Program-made: the position numbers and the translations under genes
Notes under the pieces: model-generated
The model's input: the letters and a program-made list of their open reading frames with translations, nothing else
Told to the model about the DNA's origin: nothing
Database searches by the model: none
Shown: positions 1 through 8,610 of the stretch, one piece after another
Numbering within the stretch: the stretch's first letter is position 1
How the letters are laid out: every line of letters starts with the position of its first letter
DNA from: a virus
Virus genome (UHGV): UHGV-0204578
DNA length: 31,092 nucleotides
Reading direction: 5' to 3' (one strand)

Positions 1-1144
1 TTTTTACTCCTGCAATTAGCACGGGGACGGTGAAAAATCCGTTGTCAGAAGCTACGCCTTTACCTACCCCTGCTTTGGCTATATCGCCCAAACCAAGGTA
101 TGCGAGAAGACCAGCTACATCCTTTCCACTCAAATTAGTAAGCGTATTGTCCAGCGGTTGTTTGCCTGCCAGTGCATTAAGCACTGTTGTTGAAAAGTTA
201 GGGTCATTCCCCAGCGCCGCCGCCAGTTCATTCAGTGTATCCAGTGCCGCAGGGGCAGAACCCACCATTCCTGCAATCGCCGATTTCACAAAAGCCGTAG
301 TGGCAATCTGTGTATTGTTGACCGACTGCGCCGCCGTGGGGGCTGTTGGCGTTCCGGTGAGTGCCGGACTCGACAACGGTGCTTTAAGTGCCAGCGCATT
401 GTTAATGGTGGTACTGAAATTCGGATCATTGTTAATGGCTGCGGCTATTTCTTTCAGCGTGTCCAGCGTGGCTGGCGCACCATTAATAAGGGCCGTCAGT
501 GCCGCCTGTACAAACGCAGTGGTCGCAACCTGCGTGGTATTATTCCCCGCCGCTGGCGTTGGCGCTTTGGGGGTTCCGGTAAATGTCGGGCTGGCTTTTG
601 GCGCGTACTGTGAATGCGGGTCCGGTGCGGCAAGATGTTTTGCCATCTGATCATCCGCGTACACCTTCAGCTCCAGTGCCTTGTCATCCACATACTTGCG
701 GGTTGCCAGCACTACAGCAGGGTCGATTTTCAGGGTGATATTGTCCGTGCTGCTGGTAATCAGCACCATGCGCACGGTCTGAGTGCGCCCGCTACCTTCA
801 GCCAGTTGCGGCTTATAGCTTTCCGGGCAGTTGCCCACGGCAATCAATGCCCCGGACTCATCAAACAAGCCCACTTCACGTATCCACCAACCGCCCTCGT
901 TTTCAGGGATCACCTGTTCGGCAATAATCTGGCTGCTGTTCTGCGGGTCGATATAAAGCATATTCAGCGCAGCCCGGCGTTTCTCATTTACCAGTGCCGT
1001 CTGCTTTGCGTCCGGCGTTGGCAATACTCCACCGCCATCGCCCACCGCCATATGGGTAATTTTTAGCGGCACACCGAGCGCGGCGGCGCTGGCAAGTTTC
1101 GCCGCGCCAATATCCGTCAGCAGGGTATAAAATTTTGTGCTCAT
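1..1144 (-). CDS. H: Tail fibre protein gpH, N-terminal ~381 codons; 3' part of gene lies beyond window start
   Basis: My own minus-strand translation from ATG at 1144..1142 (ATGA overlap with gpI stop) gives MSTKFYTLLTDIGAAKLASAAALGVPLKITHMAVGDGGG..., open to position 1. Matches the P2 gpH N-terminus from memory. Absent from the ORF track because no stop lies in the window. Confidence 0.8.
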   Translation of the reverse strand, partial: MSTKFYTLLTDIGAAKLASAAALGVPLKITHMAVGDGGGVLPTPDAKQTALVNEKRRAALNMLYIDPQNSSQIIAEQVIPENEGGWWIREVGLFDESGALIAVGNCPESYKPQLAEGSGRTQTVRMVLITSSTDNITLKIDPAVVLATRKYVDDKALELKVYADDQMAKHLAAPDPHSQYAPKASPTFTGTPKAPTPAAGNNTTQVATTAFVQAALTALINGAPATLDTLKEIAAAINNDPNFSTTINNALALKAPLSSPALTGTPTAPTAAQSVNNTQIATTAFVKSAIAGMVGSAPAALDTLNELAAALGNDPNFSTTVLNALAGKQPLDNTLTNLSGKDVAGLLAYLGLGDIAKAGVGKGVASDNGFFTVPVLIAGVK

Positions 1145-1746
1145 GGATTCAATCTCATTGTGTCAATAACATGGACCGCCCCGCCTTCATGCGCGGTGCC
1201 ACCGGAAATAATCGTTTCGTTGATATACGGATAGATCGTGATTTCTTCGCCAAGATAGCTGGCGGCTCCCACCCAATGCGGGCCGCTGGTCTGCAGATTG
1301 ATGGACATGCCGATCATGTGGCGGCTACATGGTTTGGCATCGCTTATCAGTCGCTCAAGTTCCAGATAGGTATCTTCAGTGATGCCCTGGTCCTGCACGC
1401 CGATATCCAGGCGAAACGTGCCCGGTGTTTCTCCGGTCTGCCACCACTCAATAATGCGGATCAGGAATCCGAACGGTTCCACCACCCGCCGCACGGCACT
1501 GGTGGTTCCTTTATGCTGATGAATATAAAAAGCATCCTTCACTACCTGGCGTTTGACGCTTTCTGTCCAGCCCTCGTCCCAGCGATCCACAGAGAACGCC
1601 CAGGCGAGATAAGGCAGGAAGCTGACCGGACAGGTAGCCGGATTCCACAAGTCACGCAGCGGCACCTGCAAATCAGAAATCCCGCTACAGGTTTGCGCCA
1701 GTCGGCGCTCCAGTGAAGTTGAACCCGGTGGCAGCAGACTATTCAT
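1141..1746 (-). CDS. I: Baseplate assembly protein gpI
   Basis: 201-aa ORF in P2 gene order between J and H; sequence resembles P2 gpI from memory. Confidence 0.8.
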   Translation of the reverse strand: MNSLLPPGSTSLERRLAQTCSGISDLQVPLRDLWNPATCPVSFLPYLAWAFSVDRWDEGWTESVKRQVVKDAFYIHQHKGTTSAVRRVVEPFGFLIRIIEWWQTGETPGTFRLDIGVQDQGITEDTYLELERLISDAKPCSRHMIGMSINLQTSGPHWVGAASYLGEEITIYPYINETIISGGTAHEGGAVHVIDTMRLNP

Positions 1747-2647
1747 CCGTTCCTCCGTTGGTTACGCTCCACTGCGTACATGATGCCGCCTGTGTTTTGT
1801 TCAGGACCACATCCGCCAGCGGAGAAGCCAGTTCCACACGTTGAACACCCTCAACATGCAGAGCAGCAAAGATGGCGCTACGGCGAATATCCCGACCAAG
1901 CCTCGTCTGGCTGGCAATGTACTTCTGCAGACTGGCTTTTGCCGCTGCCATTACCGGCTCTGCTTCCGGTCCCGGATAGAGAAAAATGGTGGCTTCCACG
2001 CGATACGGGATGATTTCTGCGCTGCGAACCGTCAGACGGTCAGCCACCGGGCGGACGTTCTCACTGTTCAGAGCTTTTTCCACCACGTCCAGCAGGTCTT
2101 TTTCTGCAGTTCCATCGCCTTCGCGGCTAAGGACAGTCAGCACCACCTCTGCAGGTGCCGGGCTGGTTGCACTGGCATCCGCCACCCGACCGTCGGCGCT
2201 TCGGGCATGAAATTCATAAGCTGCAGTTGGCCCCGCAACAGAAAGCCCTTCAAAGGCTGCAGGCACACGCAGGCGTAACGCTTCATCGCTTTCCATCACA
2301 GCTGCAACGGGCGGCACAGCATCATTATCAGCAGGCGTCACCGTCAGGCGTGTCACGTTGTAGTTGGCAGCGAGCTGGTCAAGATCGCCGCCCATCGCGT
2401 AAGCCACCATCACCGCCTGCGCGGCTTCGTTAATGCGCTGGCGCAGAAGCAACTCACGGTAAGCGTTCTCCTGCAACAATTTAGTGACGGGTTCAGATTC
2501 CAGTTCCAGCGTGCGGATCACTGCTTCCTGCTCATCTTTCGGATGAAGCGCCACAAATTCTGCCTTGCGTTCGGCAAGCAGCGTCTCAAAGTCCGGCACA
2601 TCCACAATCTGCGGTGCAGGCAACTGCGAAAGGTCAATCACTGCCAT
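1739..2647 (-). CDS. J: Baseplate assembly protein gpJ (302 aa from internal ATG)
   Basis: ORF 1739..2686; MAVIDLSQLPAP... aligns with the P2 gpJ N-terminus (MPIIDLNQLPAP...). ATG at 2647 is preceded by AGGAGC and gives 302 aa, the P2 gpJ length as I remember it. Confidence 0.85.
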   Translation of the reverse strand: MAVIDLSQLPAPQIVDVPDFETLLAERKAEFVALHPKDEQEAVIRTLELESEPVTKLLQENAYRELLLRQRINEAAQAVMVAYAMGGDLDQLAANYNVTRLTVTPADNDAVPPVAAVMESDEALRLRVPAAFEGLSVAGPTAAYEFHARSADGRVADASATSPAPAEVVLTVLSREGDGTAEKDLLDVVEKALNSENVRPVADRLTVRSAEIIPYRVEATIFLYPGPEAEPVMAAAKASLQKYIASQTRLGRDIRRSAIFAALHVEGVQRVELASPLADVVLNKTQAASCTQWSVTNGGTDE

Positions 2648-2993
2648 TCTCTGCTCCTGTTGATACGGAAAGGGACACAGGCACACCGTTATTCCGCCGC
2701 CCGGTCAGCTCCACCACCATTGAACCGTCAAAATTGCTGTTGATGGTGATGGAATCCAGCGTCAACCGTGGCTCCCAGCGACTCAGCGCCACATACACTG
2801 CCGACATGACCTGCAGGCGTAATGCCGGATTTTGTGGCTGATCTATCAGTGCCGACAGCAGGGAACCATATTCCCGGCGGGCAATACGGCTACCCTGCGG
2901 TGTCAGCAGAATGTCCCGCACCGACTGGCGCAGATGATCAATATCAGTAATGACTTTGCCGCTGGTATTGTTCATCCCGCTATAAAGCGTCAT
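2634..2993 (-). CDS. W: Baseplate assembly protein gpW (GPW/gp25 family)
   Basis: 119-aa ORF; similarity to P2 gpW (..RDYGSLL..IDQPQ.PAL..WEPR..); stop-start overlaps with V and J. Confidence 0.85.
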   Translation of the reverse strand: MTLYSGMNNTSGKVITDIDHLRQSVRDILLTPQGSRIARREYGSLLSALIDQPQNPALRLQVMSAVYVALSRWEPRLTLDSITINSNFDGSMVVELTGRRNNGVPVSLSVSTGAENGSD

Positions 2994-3568
2994 ACCGGGC
3001 CTCCGGTTGTATCGCCGCCTTTCAGGACGCCAGTATGCTGATGCGCATCAACCACGATCCCGTTAGAACTCATCGCTCCGCCGCCCTGGGTAACGCCACC
3101 ATTGATCACCACTTCGCTGTTAATGCGCGTGCGGTCAGCCTCCAGTACAAACTCACTGGTTTTCATGGTGATGTTGTCAGCAGCCTCAATGACCATTGAT
3201 TTGATGCCCCTGACATACCAGCGCCCGGTGGCGGGTTCGTATTCAAACCAGCCACCGTCAGGATGTTCTGTCACGCAGGCGTCCGCCGACGTCGACGGTG
3301 GTGCGAACTGATTCGAATAGACAGCGGGCAGCGCAAAGGCGGTTTCCAGATTGCCGCCCAGACTCAGCAGCACCACCTGCTCACCTTCCGATGGTCGCCA
3401 CCATGTACGGGCATTCCCGGCACGCAGCGTCAGCCAGCTGATCCAGTTGGTTTCAAGCTCGCCCGTTTTCACCCGGCAAAGCCAGTTTTCCCTGTCCACT
3501 TCGGTGACTACCCCTGTGCGGATCAGGTTGGTGATAAGGCGCATGATTTCGGTTAATTGTGCGTTCAT
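2990..3568 (-). CDS. V: Baseplate spike / tail protein gpV
   Basis: 192-aa ORF; N-terminus and overall pattern resemble P2 gpV; first gene downstream of the late-promoter dyad at 3615..3632. Confidence 0.85.
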   Translation of the reverse strand: MNAQLTEIMRLITNLIRTGVVTEVDRENWLCRVKTGELETNWISWLTLRAGNARTWWRPSEGEQVVLLSLGGNLETAFALPAVYSNQFAPPSTSADACVTEHPDGGWFEYEPATGRWYVRGIKSMVIEAADNITMKTSEFVLEADRTRINSEVVINGGVTQGGGAMSSNGIVVDAHQHTGVLKGGDTTGGPV

Positions 3569-3614
3569 AGGGAAAGGTTGCCATCAGGGGAAGAAAGGCG
3601 GCAGTGCTGCAACT

Positions 3615-3632
3615 TGTATCAGTGCTGATACA
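3615..3632 (-). promoter_or_regulatory. Late promoter activator site (TGT-N12-ACA dyad) upstream of the V-W-J-I-H operon
   Basis: tgtatcagtgctgataca lies inside a perfect 20-bp palindrome ttgtatcagtgctgatacaa between S stop and V start. TGT-N12-ACA is the conserved Ogr/B-dependent late-promoter element of P2/186. Confidence 0.55.
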
Positions 3633-3636
3633 AAGA

Positions 3637-4083
3637 TCACCCCGCCAGCCATTGCAGAATCATGTCGCGGGTCATTGCCTCAACATCATCATTTACACCC
3701 AGCAGGCGGCGCTCTGCGTAACGGACCTCCGGTCCTTTGCGACTGACGCGATCACGCAGGCCGTAATGGTGAACACAGGCAATACGCTGCACCTTGCCTT
3801 CAAACTGTACGCTGGCAGAGTCGGCGCTGGCGGCAGTTTTCAGGTATTTTGTGGTGCGCAACTTTGCAAACATCTGACGTTTGATGCGGCCTTTTTTGCT
3901 GCGTGCTGTTACCCTGCGCGGTTCATAACTGCTGCCATCTGGATTGCGCTGCATCCTGATATTCTGCTGCTGTGTCCGGCGCAGTTCCTGCGCCAGCTGG
4001 CGCATCATGCGGCTTCTCGTGGCTGGTTCCAGATTCGCCAGCAAGGCACTCAGCCAGTCGTCCACCTTCTGCAGTTCAGCCAC
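3637..4083 (-). CDS. S: Tail completion protein gpS
   Basis: 148-aa ORF (P2 S is about 150 aa) in the correct position between R and V. Confidence 0.8.
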   Translation of the reverse strand: MAELQKVDDWLSALLANLEPATRSRMMRQLAQELRRTQQQNIRMQRNPDGSSYEPRRVTARSKKGRIKRQMFAKLRTTKYLKTAASADSASVQFEGKVQRIACVHHYGLRDRVSRKGPEVRYAERRLLGVNDDVEAMTRDMILQWLAG

Positions 4084-4507
4084 GTTTCACCGTCCACATT
4101 TCTTCAGGTTCATCGGGTTCTGCTACAGCTTCAACGCTCGACACACTGCCGTCAGTACTGACCAGCACACGTTCCGTCAATTGCAGGTTAAGGCTGATAT
4201 CACAGACATCGTTGCGCAAAATATCCACCTCAAAGGTGAATAGCTTTTCCCGTAACGCCGGGTTATTGATGGCATCGGGCTGGTTATCCCGAAGCCACAG
4301 TAAAACCGGGGCCATCAACAGATTCTGGTCGCCGCTGAAATCCTCAACCACCACGTTCAGGGTGTAACGATACTCCCATGACATGGAGCTGGCCCCTGTA
4401 GCAACCAGCGAACCGTTATCCACAAACAGATGCAGTTTGTCCGGGTTATTGCGGACATAAGGCACCGCTTTATTGAGGGCGTGGCGCAGGGATTGTGGTT
4501 TGTTCAC
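4076..4507 (-). CDS. R: Tail completion protein gpR (start at internal GTG)
   Basis: ORF 4076..4528; GTG at 4507 gives MNKPQSLRHAL..., paralleling P2 gpR MLKPDSLRRAL...; preceded by CAGGAGC. Confidence 0.75.
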   Translation of the reverse strand: MNKPQSLRHALNKAVPYVRNNPDKLHLFVDNGSLVATGASSMSWEYRYTLNVVVEDFSGDQNLLMAPVLLWLRDNQPDAINNPALREKLFTFEVDILRNDVCDISLNLQLTERVLVSTDGSVSSVEAVAEPDEPEEMWTVKRG

Positions 4508-4760
4508 TATTTCGCTCCTGACACGCAATAATCATGTCCACTTTATCTGCACAGACCGCCCAGGCGGCCTCAGTTTCATCCAGCAACGCATTCAGATCAC
4601 CGTTAGTGCGCGGTGCTGCCTGCTCCAGCCGACACGGCGTCACTCGCGGACAACCACTGACGGTAAGCTGCACCTCCGGTGAGTGCCGGACGTTCCCGCA
4701 GCCGGATAATGTCAACAGGCAAAGGAGTATCAGCCCAGTGGCGTAAATCCTCGTTCTCAC
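4470..4760 (-). CDS. lysC: LysC (Rz1-like outer-membrane lipoprotein spanin component), nested out of frame in lysB
   Basis: 96-aa ORF with signal peptide and lipobox (LLTLSGCG), embedded in the 3' part of lysB in another frame as in P2. Confidence 0.7.
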   Translation of the reverse strand: MRTRIYATGLILLCLLTLSGCGNVRHSPEVQLTVSGCPRVTPCRLEQAAPRTNGDLNALLDETEAAWAVCADKVDMIIACQERNSEQTTIPAPRPQ

Positions 4761-5031
4761 GTTTCAGTTCCTCAATCCGGCGTTGTCGTTGTCTCAGCAG
4801 TGCGCTGGTCTGTTCTGCTTCGGCATAGAGCCGCGCCTGCTCCCGGTTATTGGTTTCAGTCAGAATGGACAGGCTGATAAGCTGGCTGTTGCTCTTTGCC
4901 AGTGCCTGGCTTTTGCTCTGCAGCTCGTCCGCCTGCGTGCTGATGGTCCGGCTGGCATCAGCCAGCCGCCACGTCTGCCAGCCCAGCGCCACCAGTAATA
5001 ACGCCAGCACAACCAGCAGCAACCGGTTCAT
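4603..5031 (-). CDS. lysB: LysB (Rz-like inner-membrane spanin component)
   Basis: 142-aa ORF with N-terminal TM segment and coiled-coil-like remainder; position after lysA as in P2. Confidence 0.8.
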   Translation of the reverse strand: MNRLLLVVLALLLVALGWQTWRLADASRTISTQADELQSKSQALAKSNSQLISLSILTETNNREQARLYAEAEQTSALLRQRQRRIEELKRENEDLRHWADTPLPVDIIRLRERPALTGGAAYRQWLSASDAVSAGAGSTAH

Positions 5032-5447
5032 GCTGCTACCTGTTGCGCCATCTGGTTACGGGTGATCCAGAAGGCAATAACGGTCAGCAGATAAAGGACC
5101 AGGGTAATGGTCCACCCCGTCCAGGCGAGACTGACAACAATCAGCAATCGCATCACCCAGCTGATAAATACGTTTTCTTTTCGGGTAATGGTCTTCAGCA
5201 AAGATGCCCTCAACTCCTGCCAGAGCGGGCCGTTCTTAATTAACGCAGCCAGTGCTACCGGAATTGCCACCCATGTCAGCAGACAGGCTACCCAGACACC
5301 GGACGCTGCCAGTACCGGAAAAATCCCCTGCGGATACACCATTGCTGCGATCAACAGCGCCATCCATAACATCAGAAACAGCCCGCTGATTAATTTCTTT
5401 TTCATTTCAGTTTGCTCCCTGTAAGCACCAGGCCATCTCCCGCGCAC
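5028..5447 (-). CDS. lysA: LysA (lysis timing membrane protein)
   Basis: Multi-TM small protein downstream of the endolysin. The ORF-track start at 5447 is GTG; an alternative ATG at 5405 with an upstream GGGAG avoids overlap with K. Confidence 0.65.
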   Translation of the reverse strand: MRGRWPGAYREQTEMKKKLISGLFLMLWMALLIAAMVYPQGIFPVLAASGVWVACLLTWVAIPVALAALIKNGPLWQELRASLLKTITRKENVFISWVMRLLIVVSLAWTGWTITLVLYLLTVIAFWITRNQMAQQVAA

Positions 5448-5919
5448 GGCGGTTATCCAGCCCCTGATTAAAAATACCTTTCACATAAACCCAGCGCGGC
5501 AACTGTCGGCACGCATCCGCCCAGCGCCGCTGGTTGAGTAATTTCACCAGCGTGGAACTGCAGGCATTGCCCGTTCCCACGTTGAAGGCAAACGACACCG
5601 CAGCGTCATACACCTTCTGCGGCGGCTGTTGCTTCACACACCTTTCCAGCGCCCGCTCCACACGCAGCACGTTAGAGATCAGCCCTTCCGCTGCCTGTCG
5701 TTCCGTAATGGTTTTGCCGGGAATGACGCCAGACGTATTACCAATGCCGTCGGTCCAGACACCCGCGCTGCACTGATACGGCTGCAGACGACAGCCTTCG
5801 TAATCGGCAATCAGTTTCAGCCCCTCCACGGAGGTGTGAAGCTGCTGAAAACCCGGCAGCGTGGCAGCAATAGCCAGCACGGCCCCGACAAGGCAGCGTT
5901 TAACGATTGATGGATTCAT
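5407..5919 (-). CDS. K: Endolysin gpK (lysozyme-like with N-terminal signal-anchor)
   Basis: 170-aa ORF with hydrophobic N-terminus and lysozyme-like core, resembling P2 K; strong GGGAGG RBS. Confidence 0.85.
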   Translation of the reverse strand: MNPSIVKRCLVGAVLAIAATLPGFQQLHTSVEGLKLIADYEGCRLQPYQCSAGVWTDGIGNTSGVIPGKTITERQAAEGLISNVLRVERALERCVKQQPPQKVYDAAVSFAFNVGTGNACSSTLVKLLNQRRWADACRQLPRWVYVKGIFNQGLDNRRAREMAWCLQGAN

Positions 5920-6115
5920 AGTCCTCCCGCGAGATCTGCCCGTCGCGCAGAAGCTGGTAGGCTTTGTGTTTGTAGTACCAGTTGATAGCCAGCATCAGCA
6001 CACCGATCATCAGGCCGCCCAGCGTTGAGGCATCCTTGATGGACAAATCGCCCAGCCAGGCCAGCACGACGGCGATGCAATACGTGATAAAGGCGCTGAT
6101 TCGCTCAAGCGTCAT
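5900..6115 (-). CDS. Y: Holin gpY
   Basis: 71-aa protein with two TM segments and a charged C-terminus immediately upstream of the endolysin. Confidence 0.7.
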   Translation of the reverse strand: MTLERISAFITYCIAVVLAWLGDLSIKDASTLGGLMIGVLMLAINWYYKHKAYQLLRDGQISREDYESINR

Positions 6116-6118
6116 AAT

Positions 6119-6322
6119 TCAGTCCCATAGCTGGACGGTCTGCACGGTGGTGGTTGTCGGAATGTCCGGCAGCTCCACCTGCAGCCCGTGAGGTAAAAAG
6201 GGGCCGTATTCGGCAAGCCCCGGATTTGCCTTCAGTACCTGCTCCGTGACACCCTGCGTGCGCCCGTAATGACGCCAGCAAAGTGCGTCCACCGTGTCAT
6301 ACTGATGCGCACGCACTTTCAT
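6119..6322 (-). CDS. X: Tail protein gpX
   Basis: 67-aa ORF (P2 X is 67 aa) between L and the lysis genes. Confidence 0.8.
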   Translation of the reverse strand: MKVRAHQYDTVDALCWRHYGRTQGVTEQVLKANPGLAEYGPFLPHGLQVELPDIPTTTTVQTVQLWD

Positions 6323-6786
6323 CAGATAAGCTCCACTGTGCAGTGCGGCGCATCCTGCACCCGGCTGATGGCCCAGCGGGCGTCACGCCATAAATCACCG
6401 CTTGCTTCCGCCAGTTCCTCGCCTCGCTTCGCACCGGATGCCGTGGCGTCATAGTCCTGGTAACGTTCGTTGAGCATGGCGCGTGCCCAGCAGTAAACCG
6501 CGTTGAAATAGTGCTGAATGCGCTCGCTTTTGCCGTCCAGTTGTTCCGCCGGGACCTCTGCCAGCGAGGCATATCCCAGCATCTGCTGACGTCTGCGAAA
6601 CTCATACAGCTCTGCGTTGACCTCCGAAATTGCCGACAGCGCAACCTGTTTTAAACGCGGCTGCGTCACCGTGCCGTCAGTGCGCATCACGCTGCGAAAC
6701 TCCGACAGGTCCACATCAGGCCAGAACGGCGTATTTCTGATGATTTCCGCCTGTTCCGGTGCCTGTTCTGGCGCAACAAACTTCAT
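6322..6786 (-). CDS. L: Head completion protein gpL
   Basis: Similarity to P2 gpL. The ORF-track start at 6849 is GTG; the ATG at 6786 (MKFVAPEQ...) has a GGAGAAAG RBS, so I place the start there. The alternative is 6849. Confidence 0.7.
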   Translation of the reverse strand: MKFVAPEQAPEQAEIIRNTPFWPDVDLSEFRSVMRTDGTVTQPRLKQVALSAISEVNAELYEFRRRQQMLGYASLAEVPAEQLDGKSERIQHYFNAVYCWARAMLNERYQDYDATASGAKRGEELAEASGDLWRDARWAISRVQDAPHCTVELI

Positions 6787-6881
6787 GCTGCTTTCTCCTG
6801 AAATAAAGGGCGGTGGACGGGGTTTTGATGTGGCAGTGCCTTTCGCCACCCCGTGCCGCCCGTGCGCGGGGGCACGTTCTG

Positions 6882-7532
6882 TCAGCGGCTGTCATTGCGC
6901 AGTCTGCGCTCCAGCTGCTGTTTGTCTTTTTTCACGCCACAGCGGGGATCGAGCTGTAACGCATGGTTGAGATGATTAAGGGCGGAAGCCGGATTACTTT
7001 CACTCAGGACAGCGCCAATCGCTTTATGCAGACGCGCCCGTGACTGGTCCGGCATATCCAGACCGTCTGTCAGCTCCAGCGTCTGCAGCAACAGATCGGC
7101 ATCAAAGCCGGTAGTGGCAAGCATTGCGCTCTGTGCCGCGTCTGCCATTTCCTCTGCCAGCACGGTCTGCACGTTGCGGTTACCCAGCGGCATCACCCAG
7201 CCATGACGCAGGGCATGACGCCCGATCTCCAGCGCCCCGGCATAATCTCCGGCATCAATACGCCACAGCATCACGTACATCAGCACGTCATCCTGTTGAG
7301 CGCCTCCGGCAGCCAGAACACCCTCCGCCCAGGCGGCGTACTTCGGCAGCAGCTCCACTTTGATTTCCGCTTTTTTGACCGTGGACTGAACACCCTTGAG
7401 ACGGCGTCGGTCTTCCGCCAGTTGCAGCAGCATCAGGTCATAGCCCGACGCGTGGCGAACGCTGCCGCCCTCACGGGCGGCCTGTTCAGCCTGAACGCGC
7501 AGGCGATGCTGCCGTGCGGGACTCAGGCTCAT
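6882..7532 (-). CDS. M: Terminase small (endonuclease) subunit gpM
   Basis: 216-aa ORF in P2 position between N and L; sequence resembles P2 gpM. Confidence 0.8.
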   Translation of the reverse strand: MSLSPARQHRLRVQAEQAAREGGSVRHASGYDLMLLQLAEDRRRLKGVQSTVKKAEIKVELLPKYAAWAEGVLAAGGAQQDDVLMYVMLWRIDAGDYAGALEIGRHALRHGWVMPLGNRNVQTVLAEEMADAAQSAMLATTGFDADLLLQTLELTDGLDMPDQSRARLHKAIGAVLSESNPASALNHLNHALQLDPRCGVKKDKQQLERRLRNDSR

Positions 7533-7535
7533 GGA

Positions 7536-8594
7536 TTACGCTCCGGTTTCTGCTGCGGCGGCGCTGAAGTCGCCAATCTGGATGTTTTCCACCAGTGCGG
7601 CGCAGCGGTAGTCCTCAACCACATAGGCTTCGTTAACGGATTCAAAGTTTTCAATCCGGTCACGTTTCGGGTTGTCGATAACTGAACGGCGGCGGGTATC
7701 CTCCTGCCAGTAGATGGACAGGTTATCCAGACGGGTGATCAGCAGCGCATTCGGCGGGAAGAACGGCGCACGCACGGCCTGCAGGCCACCCATGCGTTTC
7801 TGGCTGATGATCATATCTGCAGCCAGTTTTTCACTGTTCTCCTGCTCTTTGTTGACCAGCGGGAAATACTTGTCAGACAACAGTTCACGACCGCAAATCA
7901 CCACCAGATCGTCATCGTCCTGGTAGACCACGTCGATAAGCTCATTAACGGCATCCATCACCACGGCGTCCAGGTTGGCATATTCGCCACCTTTACCGAC
8001 TTTCACCGCGCCCGGTGTGGTTTCACCGCCCGTGGTGGTGCTGCCCATGACGTGATCCGGTGCATCCTCACGGATTTTCTGTAACCAGCCTTTGTTCACA
8101 TCCTGCAGCAGCGGGTTTTCGCTACGGTTGGAGGTTTTCGCACGCTTCACGCCGTTAAAGCCGATCATGATGCGGTCCAGTGCCTGACGTTTCACGATGG
8201 CGTCACGGATACGCACCTGGAAATCCTGAAACTTCGCCCACAGGTCCAGCTTCGCGTAGGTCAGTACCGTGTCAAAGTTGGTCTGCTCGCATTTGTATTC
8301 CACATCGACCATCAGCGTAGGATCGACAGGTTCACGCTCTTTCGCGGTGGTGTCAGTGGTTCCGGCAATGGTGCTGCCAACACCCAACCCCAGCAGCTGA
8401 CCGGACTGCTCAGTCACTGGCGTGACGTTAATCAGCGTCAGGAAAGCGGCGGACTGCTGGATCTGGTCTTCCAGCGTCTGCTGTACAGACGGCTCCACGG
8501 TGAACTTGCTGGACAGTTCTTCAACTGCCACACCGTTCAGACGCGCCAGCTGCTGCAGGTAAGCGTTAAAAGCAAAGCGGGTATTCTTCTTCAT
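7536..8594 (-). CDS. N: Major capsid protein gpN
   Basis: 352-aa ORF; clear resemblance to P2 gpN precursor. Confidence 0.9.
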   Translation of the reverse strand: MKKNTRFAFNAYLQQLARLNGVAVEELSSKFTVEPSVQQTLEDQIQQSAAFLTLINVTPVTEQSGQLLGLGVGSTIAGTTDTTAKEREPVDPTLMVDVEYKCEQTNFDTVLTYAKLDLWAKFQDFQVRIRDAIVKRQALDRIMIGFNGVKRAKTSNRSENPLLQDVNKGWLQKIREDAPDHVMGSTTTGGETTPGAVKVGKGGEYANLDAVVMDAVNELIDVVYQDDDDLVVICGRELLSDKYFPLVNKEQENSEKLAADMIISQKRMGGLQAVRAPFFPPNALLITRLDNLSIYWQEDTRRRSVIDNPKRDRIENFESVNEAYVVEDYRCAALVENIQIGDFSAAAAETGA

Positions 8595-8610
8595 CGGGTT
8601 TTGTGCTCCA

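Noticed and set aside
30-1066. Plus-strand track ORFs 30..650 (206 aa, Ala/Ser-rich repeats) and 614..1066
   Set aside because: They are antisense shadows of the tail fibre gene H, which I translated on the minus strand from 1144 to the window start with clear P2 gpH similarity. The repeats mirror the fibre's internal repeat.
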